Origin: Octopus sinensis
Lineage: Eukaryota
Direction: 5' to 3'
Length of the DNA: 64,000 nt
Assembly (NCBI RefSeq): GCF_006345805.1
Contig: NC_043008.1
Span: 54,994,001-55,058,000, forward strand
In this document: piece by piece, positions 27,108-39,958 of the stretch
Layout of the letters: the number at the start of each line of letters is the position of its first letter
Numbering within the stretch: the first letter of the stretch is position 1
Position numbers and translations under genes: made by a program
Notes under the pieces: model-generated
What the model was told of the DNA's origin: nothing
Database searches by the model: none
What the model saw: only the letters and a program-made list of their open reading frames with translations

Positions 27108-28349
27108 CTAGTTTAAAAGTCGCTCTGTCGGGTGGCTTTTAAGCCAGCTCCTGTGGAGGTCTCTTCATTAGACCTTGTGCTCAACAATGATACTTCATGC
27201 ATTGAGTACATATTAAATTTTATTAAACTTGAACAATACTTTTCAAGCAACGAACAATTTTCATCTAAACAATATAATTTCTCGACTTGGAACTTATTGC
27301 AAAGCTGCATGATAAACAACAGTACTACCACCATGGCCACCACATCTTCCACTCTCACAGATCATTCAGACTGCTGATGCCACCAGCATCAATGCCTTTG
27401 ACTTCGTTGCCTTCCTCTCCACCACCATCACCACTGTCTTTCACATCCCTTACTCAAACCGCCATCCCTGACTGCCTCGGCTACCACCACCATCATCACC
27501 GCCGCCTCTGCTTCTATCACAACTACAGCTCATACTATTACTATCACCCTATTACCTTCGTTCAGTATGTTGGTTCAGGGTTCAGTCTCTCTTACACTCA
27601 CATACCGACTCCTTCTCTCTCTTTTATTATTATTCCCACTGTCACCTACACTCTTCCTAAATTTTTTTGTCTCTCTTTCTCTCCCTCTCTTTTTTCTTTC
27701 TCTCTCTCACACACACACACAGACTCCGCCACTGCCCTCACCGTCTCTATTGCCTACTATTACTCTCACCCCAGTATGAGCAATAGAAGGAGTGTCAATG
27801 AATAGTGAGAGAGGGGTTCGAAGTGTGACACACTGCCACACAGAAATTAGTTTTCCCATTTATTATATTAGATATATACACGCGCGCGCCATATGTGCAG
27901 GCATACAAGGCAGCAGAAATTCGTACATGTATGAATACATGAAATTATATATACACGCAAAAAAAACCCACATAAATACGAACATTCATATACACCCACA
28001 CTTATACACACACTCACCTTCATTCACATACCCACGCCTAAACACACAGCTACACTCATACACACACATAAATAGATATCATTAATACAACTACTTCAAT
28101 GGTGTGATATATACATTTTATCTTATCTTATCACTTGACCGGGATTATATCTAATATAGTTAATATAATGAATAGTTTAACATATCTGATGTGAATGGAA
28201 ACAAATTTTTGGCCCATTGAGATTATAGCTGTAGTGAAAGTACAGTTTGTAGCTGATGAAATTATCATCAGATAGAGACAAAGGTATGAACCCAGAAAAT
28301 TTCAATGCAACTGATATTAAATTAAATTATACATGCCGGAAACATATAA

Positions 28350-28797
28350 GGCGGCGAGCTGGCAGAAACGTGCGCACGCCGGGCGCACGCCGGGCGCACG
28401 CCGGGCGCACGCCGGGCGAAATGCTTAGCAGTATTTCGTCTGCCGTTACGCTCTGAGTTCAAATTCCGCCGAGGTTGATTTGCCTTTCATCCCTTCGGGG
28501 TCGATTAAATAAGTACCAGTTGCGCACTGGGGTCGATATAATCGACTTCATCCGTTTGTCTGTCCCTGTTCGTCCTCTCTGTGTTTAGCCCCTTGTAGGT
28601 AATAAAGAAATAGGTATTTCGGCTGTCTTTACGTTCTGAGTTCAAATTTCGCCGAGGTCGACTTTGCCTTTCATCCTTTCGGGATCGATTAAATAAGTAC
28701 CAGTTACGCTCTGGGGTCGATATAATCGACTTAATCCATTTGTCTGTCCTTGTTTGTCCCCTCTATGTTTAGCCCCTTGTGGGCAATAAAGAAATAA
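28350..28797 (+). mobile_element. SINE family A dimer with TSD and internal 11-mer x4
   Basis: TSD GGAAACATATAA 28338-49/28798-809; GCACGCCGGGC x4 at 28374-28417. Confidence 0.93.
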
Positions 28798-29454
28798 GGA
28801 AACATATAACTAAGGACAAGACATTAAGACAATTTAAAAGAGGCATGTATGACAGGCAATTAAGGCATTTATGGCACTCAAATAGGCATTTACACCACAA
28901 ACAAATAGGAATTTAAACAAGTAAACATAGCATGTAGAAGGTGCGTAGGTGTTTATGGCACTAAAAAATAGTATTTGGGCAACGAAGAGGAAGTATTGCA
29001 GAATGAGATATGCTGATGGAATCGTAAATATAGTCATGAAGCCTGTTTATCTTTCAGTAGGAAGTGTTTATAATACAGGCAAGAAAATGAAATTAGTCAA
29101 AACTGAAAATATTTATTATAACGTTAAATAAGATCACATAATTTTGTACTGTTTAATGGAATTTATAATCCATATGAAACAGAAATGTTTTAATTAGAAA
29201 ACATATAGAGTAGAGATTGTTATGTTGGCAAACAATCTTTACTCTTGAGAACTATTGCTGAATATCTCTCGTTGAGAGATTTACAAATAGTAATTTTCTT
29301 TTGTAAGAAAACATAGACACCGAAGAGAACAGGCTTTCTAAAAATAGAAATAAAATAAAACTAACCAAGCGAGGCTCAACAGCAGCAACCAGAAACGTTT
29401 GTACATCACCGCCATTGCTATAGGTATTATTACAAGATTTAAAAAAATAATAAA

Positions 29455-29700
29455 TGCGCCCTTTTAAAGGCTATCCAGGTTCATGGGCCTGGTTTCCCGG
29501 TTTCAATGGCGTATGTGTTCACCTGCTGGATGGGACGCCAGTCCATCGCAGAGTTACTCATTTTTGCCAGCTGAGTGGACTGGAGCAACGTTAAATGAAG
29601 TGTTTTGCTCAAAACACAACGCGCCACCCGGTCCAGGAATCGAAACCGCAATCTTACAATCATGGTGCTGACACCCTAACCACTAAGCCAAGCGCCTCCA
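29455..29700 (-). mobile_element. SINE family D (tRNA-like head, CORE-like block, TGCGATGGACTGGCGTCCCATCCAG block)
   Basis: Reverse complement begins TGGAGGCGCTTGGCTTAGTGGTTAGGG...TTCGATTCC; related fragments at ~1060-1140 and 55830-55930. Confidence 0.75.
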
Positions 29701-31200
29701 CATTATTACAAGATGCCACTATAAAATTTTTACAGCTCAAATTCAACCTTCGATATATATATCCACATATTTAAACGCATACTCACGCACATAAACACAT
29801 GTACACAAGCCATCGAGTTTCGTACATACAACCCCTTTAATGGTGTGATCAAGAGCTATCTTATCACTCGGCCAAGCTTTATCTAATATGGTTAAGTACA
29901 GATTACTATATCTATCATGGTAAACGGCTAATAGTTTTTAGTGAATTGTAATTATAATGCGCAGAAATTTTGAAAGTTATTCTCAGATGAAGCAAGGGAG
30001 AGAACTACTGACGTTTCAATCAGCTTAAAATTAAATCATGCCAGGAAGGTTTGAGAGAGAGTCTTCTCTTTGGTACATGTACAGGGACAACTGGCCATGT
30101 TTTGGTGTTATTAGATTTCTTCAGCTGAGTGTAGCCAACACAGAGATACCTGATCTGTGAATAGCTTAAAGAATACATGCATAATTTTGATGGGGAGATA
30201 GTTTACGGATACAGAAATTTAAAATAATAATGTGTGGTAAAGAATTTGCTTCACAATCGCATGGTCTTGGGTTCAGTCCCACTACGCGGCATTTCCTTGG
30301 GCAAGTGTCTTCTCCTATAACTTCGGGCCGACCAAAGCCTTATGTGTGGGTCTGATCGACAGAAACCAGAAAAGACTACCGTGTGTGTGAGTGTGTGTGT
30401 GTTTGTGTGCGTGTACTTGCGTGTGTGTGTGTGTGAATGTTGTGTGTGTATATATATATATATATGCATTTGTATCTTCGTGTTTGTTCCCCTTGTCCCT
30501 CGCTACTGCTTGACAACCACTGTTGGTTTGTTTGCGTCCTCGTAATATAACGATTAGATAAAAAAAAAAGAACAATGGACTAAGAACTAGGCTTAAAAAT
30601 GTAAGTGCTGGAATTTAAAGGAGTGGGTGTTTAGGAATTCTCTGTTACATCAAGCTAAAAAATTTGCGCCAGCCTTTTAATCGTCAATGTGTTGCCGTCC
30701 ATGATGAAGAAGTTTTGAATGCTTGCCATGGTGATTCTACTGTCGTGAGAAAGAATCAATTCAAAACTTGGTGTTTAGGGATTTTCTTTTACATCAAGTT
30801 CAAAATTTTACGCCAGCCGTTAAACTGTCAAAACGTTGCTGTCCGTCGTTAAGAAATGCCAGCCATGGTGACTCTACTATCCTCACATTCTATCCCTTCA
30901 AACTTTGGTTTCCAATATTTTATTATTTTTATTCAGCTCGCAAGTTCGTCTGTCCCTTTTAAATGTTAGTGTTTTGCTGTCTGCCTTGAAGCAGACCTTT
31001 CCGTTGTCACTGCCTGATATTTATGATTGATCTTTCTAAATATTTTATTTCTCAACTTACTCAAGATCTTTTGTTGTTTATAAATGGGAGAGAGATAGAT
31101 AAAAATAAAGAGTAAGAGAAAGCGAGGGAGAGTCCGAGAGAAAGGAAGAGTAAGAGAGTGGGAAAGTGAGAGAGAAAGGAGAGAGAAACAAAGAGTGAGA

Positions 31201-31505
31201 ATCATCATCATCATCGTTTAACGTCCGTTTTCCGTGCTAGCACGGGTTGGACAGTTTGACCGGGGTCTGGGAAGCCAGGAGGCTGCACCAGGCTCCAGTC
31301 TGATCTGGCAGTGTTTCTACAGCTGGATGCCCTTCCTAACGCCAACCACTCTGTGAGTGTAGTGGGTGCTTTTTTCGTGCAGCCGGCACAGGTGCCAGGG
31401 GGACTGACAGCGGCCACGATCGGTTGGTGCTTTTTACGTGCCACCGGCACAGAAGCCAGTCAAGGCGGCGCTGCAATCGGCCACGTTCGGATGGTGCTTT
31501 TTACG
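31201..31505 (-). mobile_element. SINE/LINE-tail family E with (GAT)n end (RTE-type 3' tail)
   Basis: GGATGCCCTTCCTAACGCCAACC motif and ATCATCATC tail; degenerate relatives at ~59305-59450 and 60730-61165. Confidence 0.7.
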
Positions 31506-31639
31506 TGCTGAAAGGAAGCAACAGAAAGTAACAATCACACTCTTACCCGCGCGTAGAGCGGGTCACCTTCAGCTAGTCTATATATATATTGCGGCTTGAT
31601 GTAAAAAAAATGTACCATTGGACTCCATGCAATGATCTG

Positions 31640-31990
31640 CCCAGGGGCCCATAAAGCTGATAGGACGGCCTTGTCTGTCGGCCTTGTCTGTCGGCCTTGC
31701 TGTCGGCCTTGTCTGTCGGCCTTGATGGTCGTGGGGGAGTAAAAGGACCCAATGCACTGATTTGTCCGGAGACCCATAAAGCTGCTAATACAGCCCTGCT
31801 CGTAGACCTAGATGGTAGGGGTGAAGTAAAAGGACCCAATGCACTGATTTGTCCGGAGACCCATAAAGCTGCTAATACAGCCCTGTTCGTAGACCTAGAT
31901 AGGAGGGGTGAAGTAAAAGGACCCAACGCACTAATCTGGCCAGGGCACATAAAGCTGCTGAGACGGCCCAGCTCATAGGCCTAGATGGTA
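31640..31990. repeat. 13-bp repeats (CGGCCTTGTCTGT) followed by an 87-bp tandem array, about 3 copies
   Basis: TAAAAGGACCCAA at 31740, 31827, 31914. Confidence 0.9.
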
Positions 31991-32519
31991 GTTGTTGTGG
32001 TGATGGTGGTGGTGGTGGTGGTGGTGGTAGTGGTGGTGGTGGTGGTGGTGGTGGTTGTGACGGAGTGACAAAACAAATCCTCGAGACAAAGTCCAGTGCC
32101 AAATTGCTGGAGATGGATGGAATCGAGAGAAGGATTCCTCCAATTGGAGAAGCATGTGGCTTGCTAAATGCTAAATGAAGAACGAAGAGTGTGATTTTTA
32201 TGAAGATTTGGTTGCTGTTTCTTGCAGACCTAGCGACCCCCTAGAGAGACCTCCTTCAATGACTTGCTATCTGTGAAGTAGAAAAACACAAACTGTAATA
32301 TTGATAACAAAATATGAAATGATTATGAGGTGTTTACTTATATATGTATGTGTGTGTGTGCGTGAGTGTCTGTGTGTGTGCGTGAGTGTGTGTGCGTATG
32401 TGTGTGTGCGTGTGTGTGTGCTTGAGTGTATGTGTGTGTGTGTACATACATACATGTATGCATACATACATACATACATACATACGAGCGTGCATGCGTT
32501 TGTATTTATGAATGCATGC

Positions 32520-32552
<33 letters not shown>

Positions 32553-33178
32553 TGTATGTATGTATCTAAGTATGTATACACATCCGCACATAAAACGGGC
32601 TAATCATTAGTGTTTGTTTACTCCAACCGAGTAATTACTAGTTTTAGGCCCAGTAAAGGGCGTGATAACAATCGGTACCCATTGATGAACCATGCATGTC
32701 CGATAAGTGTGACATCAACGTGATACAGACTTTGAGCAAGATTTATTAGATAAGACATGTGATGTTAACATGTTCGTTGTGTTATAATAAGAGAGTGAAA
32801 CAGTTCTTGATGAGCTTTGCAACACTTTTATTTTGCTGAATGACGAAAGGGAACGTAACTATATAATACGCCGTACTACAGGTCTTTCTTTGAAGTTCAT
32901 GTAATTGTTCGATTCAGCCTTGTCAATTTGGTGGTGAAGAATATAAGGAAAGAGAAGAAAAAGGTCGAATACTTCTGGGTTTTTTCCTTCGTTTCTTTCT
33001 AATTTGGATGAACGCAGTTTTATTCGTTCATTTATTTATTTCTATTTATTTTTTACTTTAAATTATTTAATGCAAAGCAGAAAGGAAACAATTGTGAAAT
33101 TCAAAGAACCGGAAAAGAAATTTTTACGGAAAAAAAATTTTTAAATAACAACAGAAAGGAAGAAATCTTGAAGTAAAA

Positions 33179-33880
33179 ATGGCCAAAGTTCTGGTAACGT
33201 TATTTCATTTGCTTTGTTTCCTCATTACGGGATTCGGCTTGTATTACGACACCTTCGTTGTTACTTACGGCTGGTCAGTCTACGCCGGAAAAGTACGTTA
33301 TGCTACGTACTGGGATATCGTCTTACAGACCATATATTTTGGACTGGCACTGGTATCAGACATCTACAATCGCAATGATTTCGACAAGAACAATGCATTT
33401 TCGAACGAACTTTATAGCAAAACGAAACTAAAGCGACTGGTAAGATATATATCTTGCGGTATGGCATTTCCTCTCGGTAACTTCGTCTGTTTATCATTCT
33501 GGATTATATTTTTTTTTCATCGTGAATTGATATATCCATCCTATCTCGATGACATTATTCCGTGGTGGCTCAACCATATTCTTCATTCGGTGCCCATAGT
33601 GCTTCAGTGGTTGGATAAATTCTTCTATAACCAAACGTACCCGAAGAATGGAGTTATAGGAATTCTAGCTTTAACAGGTTGCTATCAAGTGTGGATGGTG
33701 TGGATTGCGCATCGTACGAGGACGTGGATTTATCCATTTCTCGATTATCTACCGATATGGTACAGAATATTGTTCCTGGCATGCATGTGGGGTTGTCTTG
33801 CAGGATTCTATTTCGTTGGAGAGTTCTTACACTATATCTTTTGGACACGCAAATCAAGAAAGAATGTGAAATTATACTGA
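33179..33880 (+). CDS. AIG1: Androgen-induced gene 1 / ADTRP family (FAR-17a/AIG1-like) multi-pass membrane hydrolase, 233 aa, single exon
   Basis: YAGKVRYATYWDIVLQTIYFG, AFPLGNFV..FW, RELIYP..LD..IP.WLNHILH and W.YPFLDY follow human AIG1 motifs; Thr43 and His136 match the AIG1 catalytic Thr43/His134; several hydrophobic segments. AIG1 vs ADTRP orthology not resolvable. Confidence 0.92.
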   Translation: MAKVLVTLFHLLCFLITGFGLYYDTFVVTYGWSVYAGKVRYATYWDIVLQTIYFGLALVSDIYNRNDFDKNNAFSNELYSKTKLKRLVRYISCGMAFPLGNFVCLSFWIIFFFHRELIYPSYLDDIIPWWLNHILHSVPIVLQWLDKFFYNQTYPKNGVIGILALTGCYQVWMVWIAHRTRTWIYPFLDYLPIWYRILFLACMWGCLAGFYFVGEFLHYIFWTRKSRKNVKLY

Positions 33881-34031
33881 AATATATTTTAATGTAAACT
33901 ATTTTCTTCTTTTGAAGACATATAAACATTTACAATGATAAATGCAAAACATTACACCAAAAAAAAATATAAAACCGACGTTGTATCTCTCACACATATA
34001 CAGAACTCTCACATATACGCGTTTTTATGAA

Positions 34032-34074
<43 letters not shown>

Positions 34075-34200
34075 TATATATATATAGATGAGTGTGTGTA
34101 TATTTATGTAAATGCATTAGCTGAGAAATTACAGGAGTGGCTTAAGGGCCTAAAAGTTTCGTCTCAAAGCATCTATCAAACTAAACAGAATTTAAAACAT

Positions 34201-34242
<42 letters not shown>

Positions 34243-36048
34243 CAAAGTACTAAGCATTCTGGAAGACTTCGGAAAGAATACACTAATTTTCACGTGATAA
34301 TTGTAATATTAAAAATCCCCTGACTGATTGATAAATATCAATGCGAAAACGAAATTTTGCTTACTTATATACAGGCACAAACACATATTCATATTTACAT
34401 ATAGTTATATATATACACATGCACATTGTCTGATGCAAGAAACTAATTATACACACACACCAATACATGCACAATCGCAAATTCAAGTATTTATGCTTGC
34501 ACACAACTTAAGCCAATCGTGGTCTCAAACAAACTTAATATGTATAATATATTCATATATATGAACATAGACATGTATAGCCATGCGTTAATGCACGTAC
34601 TTGGGCGCACGCATGCAAGCACACGCGAATACACAAAACTCTGCAAACAGATATTGAAACAATGAATGTGATGAAGGATTTTCAGCGTATCTTCCGAAGA
34701 GCAATTTAACTGTACTGTGCAGTACTAAAGCGAAGGTTTATGTGGAAATGGTTCCGTCATAAATAGCAAGAGTAGTTATACCCTTAAATCAAAGAATACT
34801 CCAAAAAGGAAGATTATATTGTATAATCTAATCTATTTAGATTAAACATTAGCTATAATATTGCACGTTCTTTTCAACATCTAATAAATAAGGATTTTCA
34901 TGCTTGTCATAAACTCTACGTGGTTTTTGGTAGGCATAACGTTAAGGTTAGTTTCCGATGCCGTGATAATTTCGTCTTCAACAAGGATCAATTAGAAGAA
35001 GGAGGCACACACAAACATAGAAAGCTTACTTCTGCAATGTGGCTACCCCATAAATAATCCCTGCCTATTAAAAGGCAAATGCCTTCGGAAAAGTGTTGTA
35101 TAGTGCGCACAAGTCTCTACTGAAAGCAGTGTACTCAATGAATGTACTTTTATCGACAGACTTATTTATTCAGACATGAACTCAAAAGTGGCTCATCTTT
35201 ACTTTCCAAATATATCTGGGATTTAAAAGATAGAAGTGTTCTTAATTAGAAATCAACTGGTCAGTTACTGAAATTGTGCCGACGTATATCAACAACAAAT
35301 GCTCTCGCTGTATATCAGAGCTGTACAAAATATTGACGCAACCACTGAACATATTCCCCTGGTCTTTTCTTGTTTTCAACAAAACAAAAATATCATACGA
35401 CTTTCTCATCGGATAATAATTTTCGTTCTTGAAAAACAATGCCATGCGCTTCTCTAAACGCATATGTACTTCAGATCTCATTTTCATCATCGCTTTTAGC
35501 TTCGACATTTTTCTTTACTTTTTGACCTTTTAGCTTTAAGCCCGCTGCAGTTTTATATCTGTCGTCGTACCCCCGCTTCAGTAAGTATGCCTGCATCATG
35601 TCTTTTCACGCTGCATACCGACTAATCACCCAAAATGTTCTATTCAAACACGAAAGCTTGAGTTATACAATTTTGACCAAACTTTACATGCTCAGATGTA
35701 TTACACTAGGTGGGCTGTCCGTCCTGTCCTGCAGAGCACTTTACAGCGATGTAATACTTGCATACCTACATTTTCTGATATTATTCACGCAGAAGAAAAT
35801 ACACAGAAGTACATTACGGCTGTATCTAAGTTATGTTGACTTTGTATTATTTTTATTATTCATGTGTTTAGCATTAATATTTCTATAATACTTTATTAAT
35901 ATTGTATTATTTCCTACTTATTATTTTTTTTTTTTTCGTATATTTCTTACTTCTTAATAATTATCTACATTCTCTGACCAAAGGTGGTGACTAGCTTAAC
36001 ATGTTACAAGCGTGTCTATATGCATACAAGCGCATGCGTGCATGCACA

Positions 36049-36107
<59 letters not shown>

Positions 36108-36110
36108 ATA

Positions 36111-36161
<51 letters not shown>

Positions 36162-36288
36162 CATATATATATTAATATTTAGCAGAAGCAACAGAGTAAC
36201 TCAAAGTCCGAGAGTTTCGTGTGTTGCTTCTACTAAATATTAATAAAAATATACATCTTTTGAGTTCTATTCTCCTGTTTGTATCAAC

Positions 36289-36329
<41 letters not shown>

Positions 36330-36469
36330 TGTGTGTGTGTGTGTGTGTGTGTCTGTGTCTGTGTGTGGTGTGTGTGCGTGCGTGCGTGCGTGTGTGTGTG
36401 TGTGTGTGTAATGAGCTTAAAGCTTTTTATTTTCAGAATTATAAAAACCGACACTGCTTACCAAGAGCC

Positions 36470-36526
<57 letters not shown>

Positions 36527-36654
36527 GTAATATATATATATATAATATATATAATTAACTAATGAGGGTAGAAATTGATATCAATCAATTAACATCAATT
36601 CAAACCAGTGGTCTAGCATATTAAAAAATCCGAAGATTTTAAAATTATATTACA

Positions 36655-36795
36655 ATTAATACAAGGAATGACCACTAAAGTGGATTCCTGATATGCTAAG
36701 ATAGATTTCAAATCGCCTTATCACTCTTGATGGTAAGGTGATTTGACGTCTATCTTTCGCTTATTAGGAATCCACTTTAGTGAGCATTCCTCTTA

Positions 36796-36800
<5 letters not shown>
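36655..36800. repeat. Imperfect fold-back (inverted repeat) element in (TA)n
   Basis: GGAATGACCACTAAAGTGGATTCCT ... AGGAATCCACTTTAGTGAGCATTCC; the upstream segment (~36560-36640) recurs at ~39295-39365. Confidence 0.8.
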
Positions 36801-36830
<30 letters not shown>

Positions 36831-36851
36831 ATATATATATATATATATATA

Positions 36852-36969
36852 TTATAGAAGGAGCTTCTACAGGACTAGAACTGTTTCATTCAGATGAAAT
36901 CTTCAGGAAGCTTCCTGAAGATTTCATCTGAATGAAACAGTTCTAGTCCTGTAGAAGCTCCTTCTATAA
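36852..36969. repeat. Perfect 118-bp palindrome (59-bp arms, no spacer)
   Basis: Checked base by base; centre AAG|CTT between 36910 and 36911. Confidence 0.97.
36909..36959 (+). ncRNA. Type I hammerhead ribozyme motif (mirror copy on minus strand, 36862-36912)
   Basis: Stem I AGCTTC/GAAGCT; CTGAAGA 36915-21; stem II T-TTC-ATCT-GAA-T; GAAA 36934-37; stem III ACAG/CTGT; GUA cleavage after 36953. Confidence 0.7.
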
Positions 36970-37101
36970 AATAAATTACTTTACTCTGCAATGTATGAGT
37001 ACCTTATTTACTGTGGTTAACCCCGACTCAACCCGGGACCTACATATATATATGGCAGTGTCGGTTTTTATAATTCTGTAAATAAAAAGGTTTAAGCACA
37101 T

Positions 37102-37159
<58 letters not shown>

Positions 37160-37304
37160 GGGTGTGTTCTCAAGAAAAATCTCAGCAAAAACGCCAGAAT
37201 GCAAAAATGAGCAAGTCAAATGATACGTGTTTCTACTATAGCCTCAGGCCGACCAAAGCCCTGTGAGTGGATTTGGTAGATGGAAACAGAAAGAAGGCCA
37301 TCGT

Positions 37305-37336
<32 letters not shown>

Positions 37337-37353
37337 CCTTGTTGCTTATTTTG

Positions 37354-37401
<48 letters not shown>

Positions 37402-37431
37402 CAAAATAAGCAACAAGGATATCTAGAGGTA

Positions 37432-37518
37432 ATGCAGTACGATCGTTTCAAGCAACTCCATTTAATTGAACAATGCAATCATTAGATCAATTTAATGCAG
37501 AGCAATCCTCAGCTGCAT
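37432..37518 (-). ncRNA. Type I hammerhead ribozyme motif
   Basis: Minus strand: stem I ATGCAG/CTGCAT; CTGAGGA; 56-nt imperfect stem II; GAAA; palindromic stem III ACGATCGT; GUA cleavage (A17 = 37438). Confidence 0.7.
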
Positions 37519-38033
37519 AAAAGCATAGAATTTAATTAAATTAAAACAGATGGACACATTGGTATAATTTTACCTAAAATCTCCAAGAAGGTAAGGAGAT
37601 AGACAAAGAACATGCTGTCTTCACTTCAGCTTAAAAGCTGCTATATATATACATATGTGTGTGTGTGTGTATGTGTGTGTTGTATATGCTTTGTATTCAA
37701 TACGTAGATAGCCTGGAAAGTCATATCCGTACGCATACAGAGCTGACAGTAAATCTGTTGCAACGTGACCGACCAGGCTATCAGGTGTTGTTACACATTG
37801 CTGGTCACAATGCGCTTCGCATTGTTTTAGCCTTCAAATGACGCCAACAGAAGAAAGAGTGAGAGAAAATTGTGGCGAAAGAGATCGCCACCACCCCCTG
37901 CCGGAGCCTCGTGGAGCTTTAGGTGTTTTCGCTCAATAATCGCTCACAACGCCCGGTCCGGGAATCGAAACCGCGATCCTATAACTGCGAGTCCGCTACC
38001 CTAACCACTGGCCATTGCGCCTCCACATGTGTC

Positions 38034-38094
<61 letters not shown>

Positions 38095-38446
38095 TATGTG
38101 TGTGTGTGTGTGTGTGTGTGTAAATAAATGTAAGTACGTATATGTGTTTGTATGTTTATATAGGTAAGGCAAACCTTGGTTTCATAAATTTATCAATCAG
38201 TGAGCGGATATTGAGTATTGAATATTAGCATCATCACGTGACAGTCACGATTTTTGTTTTTGTGTGTTTCTTATTTTTTTTTATGTTTAATATTTTTTCT
38301 ACATATGGATTCTAAGAGACTTATTACGCTTCAGTAGATTCTAAGATAATAAAATATATATGTACTCAATTTTATGTGTTGATTTCAATTTTATGCGTGA
38401 ATGTGATGAAGAGAGAAGGTATATATATATATATATATATATATAC

Positions 38447-39046
38447 AAAATAAGAAAATGAGGAATACACTTTAATCAATCATCAACTACCAGATAATAC
38501 CCATTCACATAATTTATTAACCAACTACATAGAAACATCTAGATCAAACACAATAATACAGGACAAAACAGTACACATCAATGAGTAATATGATACCATA
38601 AGTACAATACGTATAAATAAATATAAATATAAACTAGATCTTACAGCTGTTTCAGCCATGGCCTTGGGATATATATGTAAGTATCGCATTTATAACCACA
38701 TATTACCTTAACACACCTGGCTAATATGAGCATAATGAGATACTCTTATCTACATGGCTGAAACAGCTGTAAGATCTAGTTTATATTTATATTTATTTAT
38801 ATTTATTTATACGTATTGTACTTATGGTATCATATTACTCATTAATGGCGGTGCCCCAGCATGGCCACAGCTCATTAGCTGAAACTGGAAAAATCAAAAA
38901 ATCAAAATCATTGATGTGTTCTGTTTTGTCCTGTATTATTGTGTTTGATCTAGATGTTCCTGTGTAGTTGGTTAATAAATTATGCGAATGGGTATAATCT
39001 GGTAGTTGATGATTGATTAAAGTGTATTCCTCCATTTTCTTATTTT
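38447..39046. repeat. ~600-bp nested fold-back element
   Basis: Inner arms 38580-38660/38753-38843, outer arms 38447-38580/~38905-39046; SINE-tail fragment in right arm; homologous to ~20380-20530. Confidence 0.85.
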
Positions 39047-39223
39047 CTATTATGAATTTGAGGTAAAACATTTTACCTTCGCCCATATAATACAATAAAT
39101 GAATTAATTGCATTGCAATTCTTAGCATTTATGTATTAGCATTTCTGGGTGCTTTACTAGCAGTATATTGGATATATGTTATCCCATAGAGGGTTACACT
39201 CACAACCCCTATCTCACTTTGTA

Positions 39224-39281
<58 letters not shown>

Positions 39282-39500
39282 TATATATAAAATTAATTAA
39301 GGGTAGAAATTGATATTTATCAATTAAAACCAGTGGTCTAGCATATTAAAAAAAGAATCCGAAGATAAAATATTTATATATACCAATTAAGGACTGAACA
39401 CGAAAAGTGGACAGTCAACATGCTAGATATAGACGTCAAATCGCCATTCTCCACAAAAGATTATGTTCTCAAGAACACTTTTCGTGTTCAGTCCTTAATT

Positions 39501-39538
<38 letters not shown>

Positions 39539-39726
39539 GTAAAATAGAAAGATGAATAATCTTGTTGTGGATTAATCAAAAGTTTAACCGATACCTTGGT
39601 AGCCAAAATCACAGCAGAAGAAAGCACGGTTGGAGATAAAACCGTGCGTTGCAACCGTGCGTTGGTGCGGATAATTGAATTTTATATTATTTTTTTTTCT
39701 CCATTTCTCCATTTCTTCAATTCACT

Positions 39727-39774
<48 letters not shown>

Positions 39775-39799
39775 ATATAATATATATATATATATATAT

Positions 39800-39958
39800 A
39801 TGTAGGTCCCGGGTTGATTCGGGGTTAATCACAGTAAATAAGGTACTCAATACATAGTAGAGTAAAATTAATTTATTATATAGAAGGAGCTTCTACAGGA
39901 CTAGAACTGTTTCATTCAAGGAAACGTTCTAGTCCTGTAGAAGCTCCTTCTATATAAT
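39800..39958. mobile_element. Third copy of the palindrome family (centre-deleted), tail in reverse orientation
   Basis: TATAGAAGGAGCTTCTACAGGACTAGAAC...GTTCTAGTCCTGTAGAAGCTCCTTCTATA; tail 39800-39875 is the reverse complement of the 20100-20180 tail. Confidence 0.85.

Noticed and set aside
27113-27377. Overlapping 81-aa ORFs on both strands
   Set aside because: No family recognised; they run into low-complexity CAC/CAT sequence and lack supporting splice signals
28252-28272. CTGATGA-AATTA-TCATCAG
   Set aside because: A simple short palindrome with no downstream GAAA/stem III geometry
32668-32702. GATGAACCATGCATGTCC resembling the 52.9-kb hammerhead 3' half, upstream of AIG1
   Set aside because: Both core segments are broken (no CUGANGA, GAAC instead of GAAA) and there is no stem I; too short to claim homology
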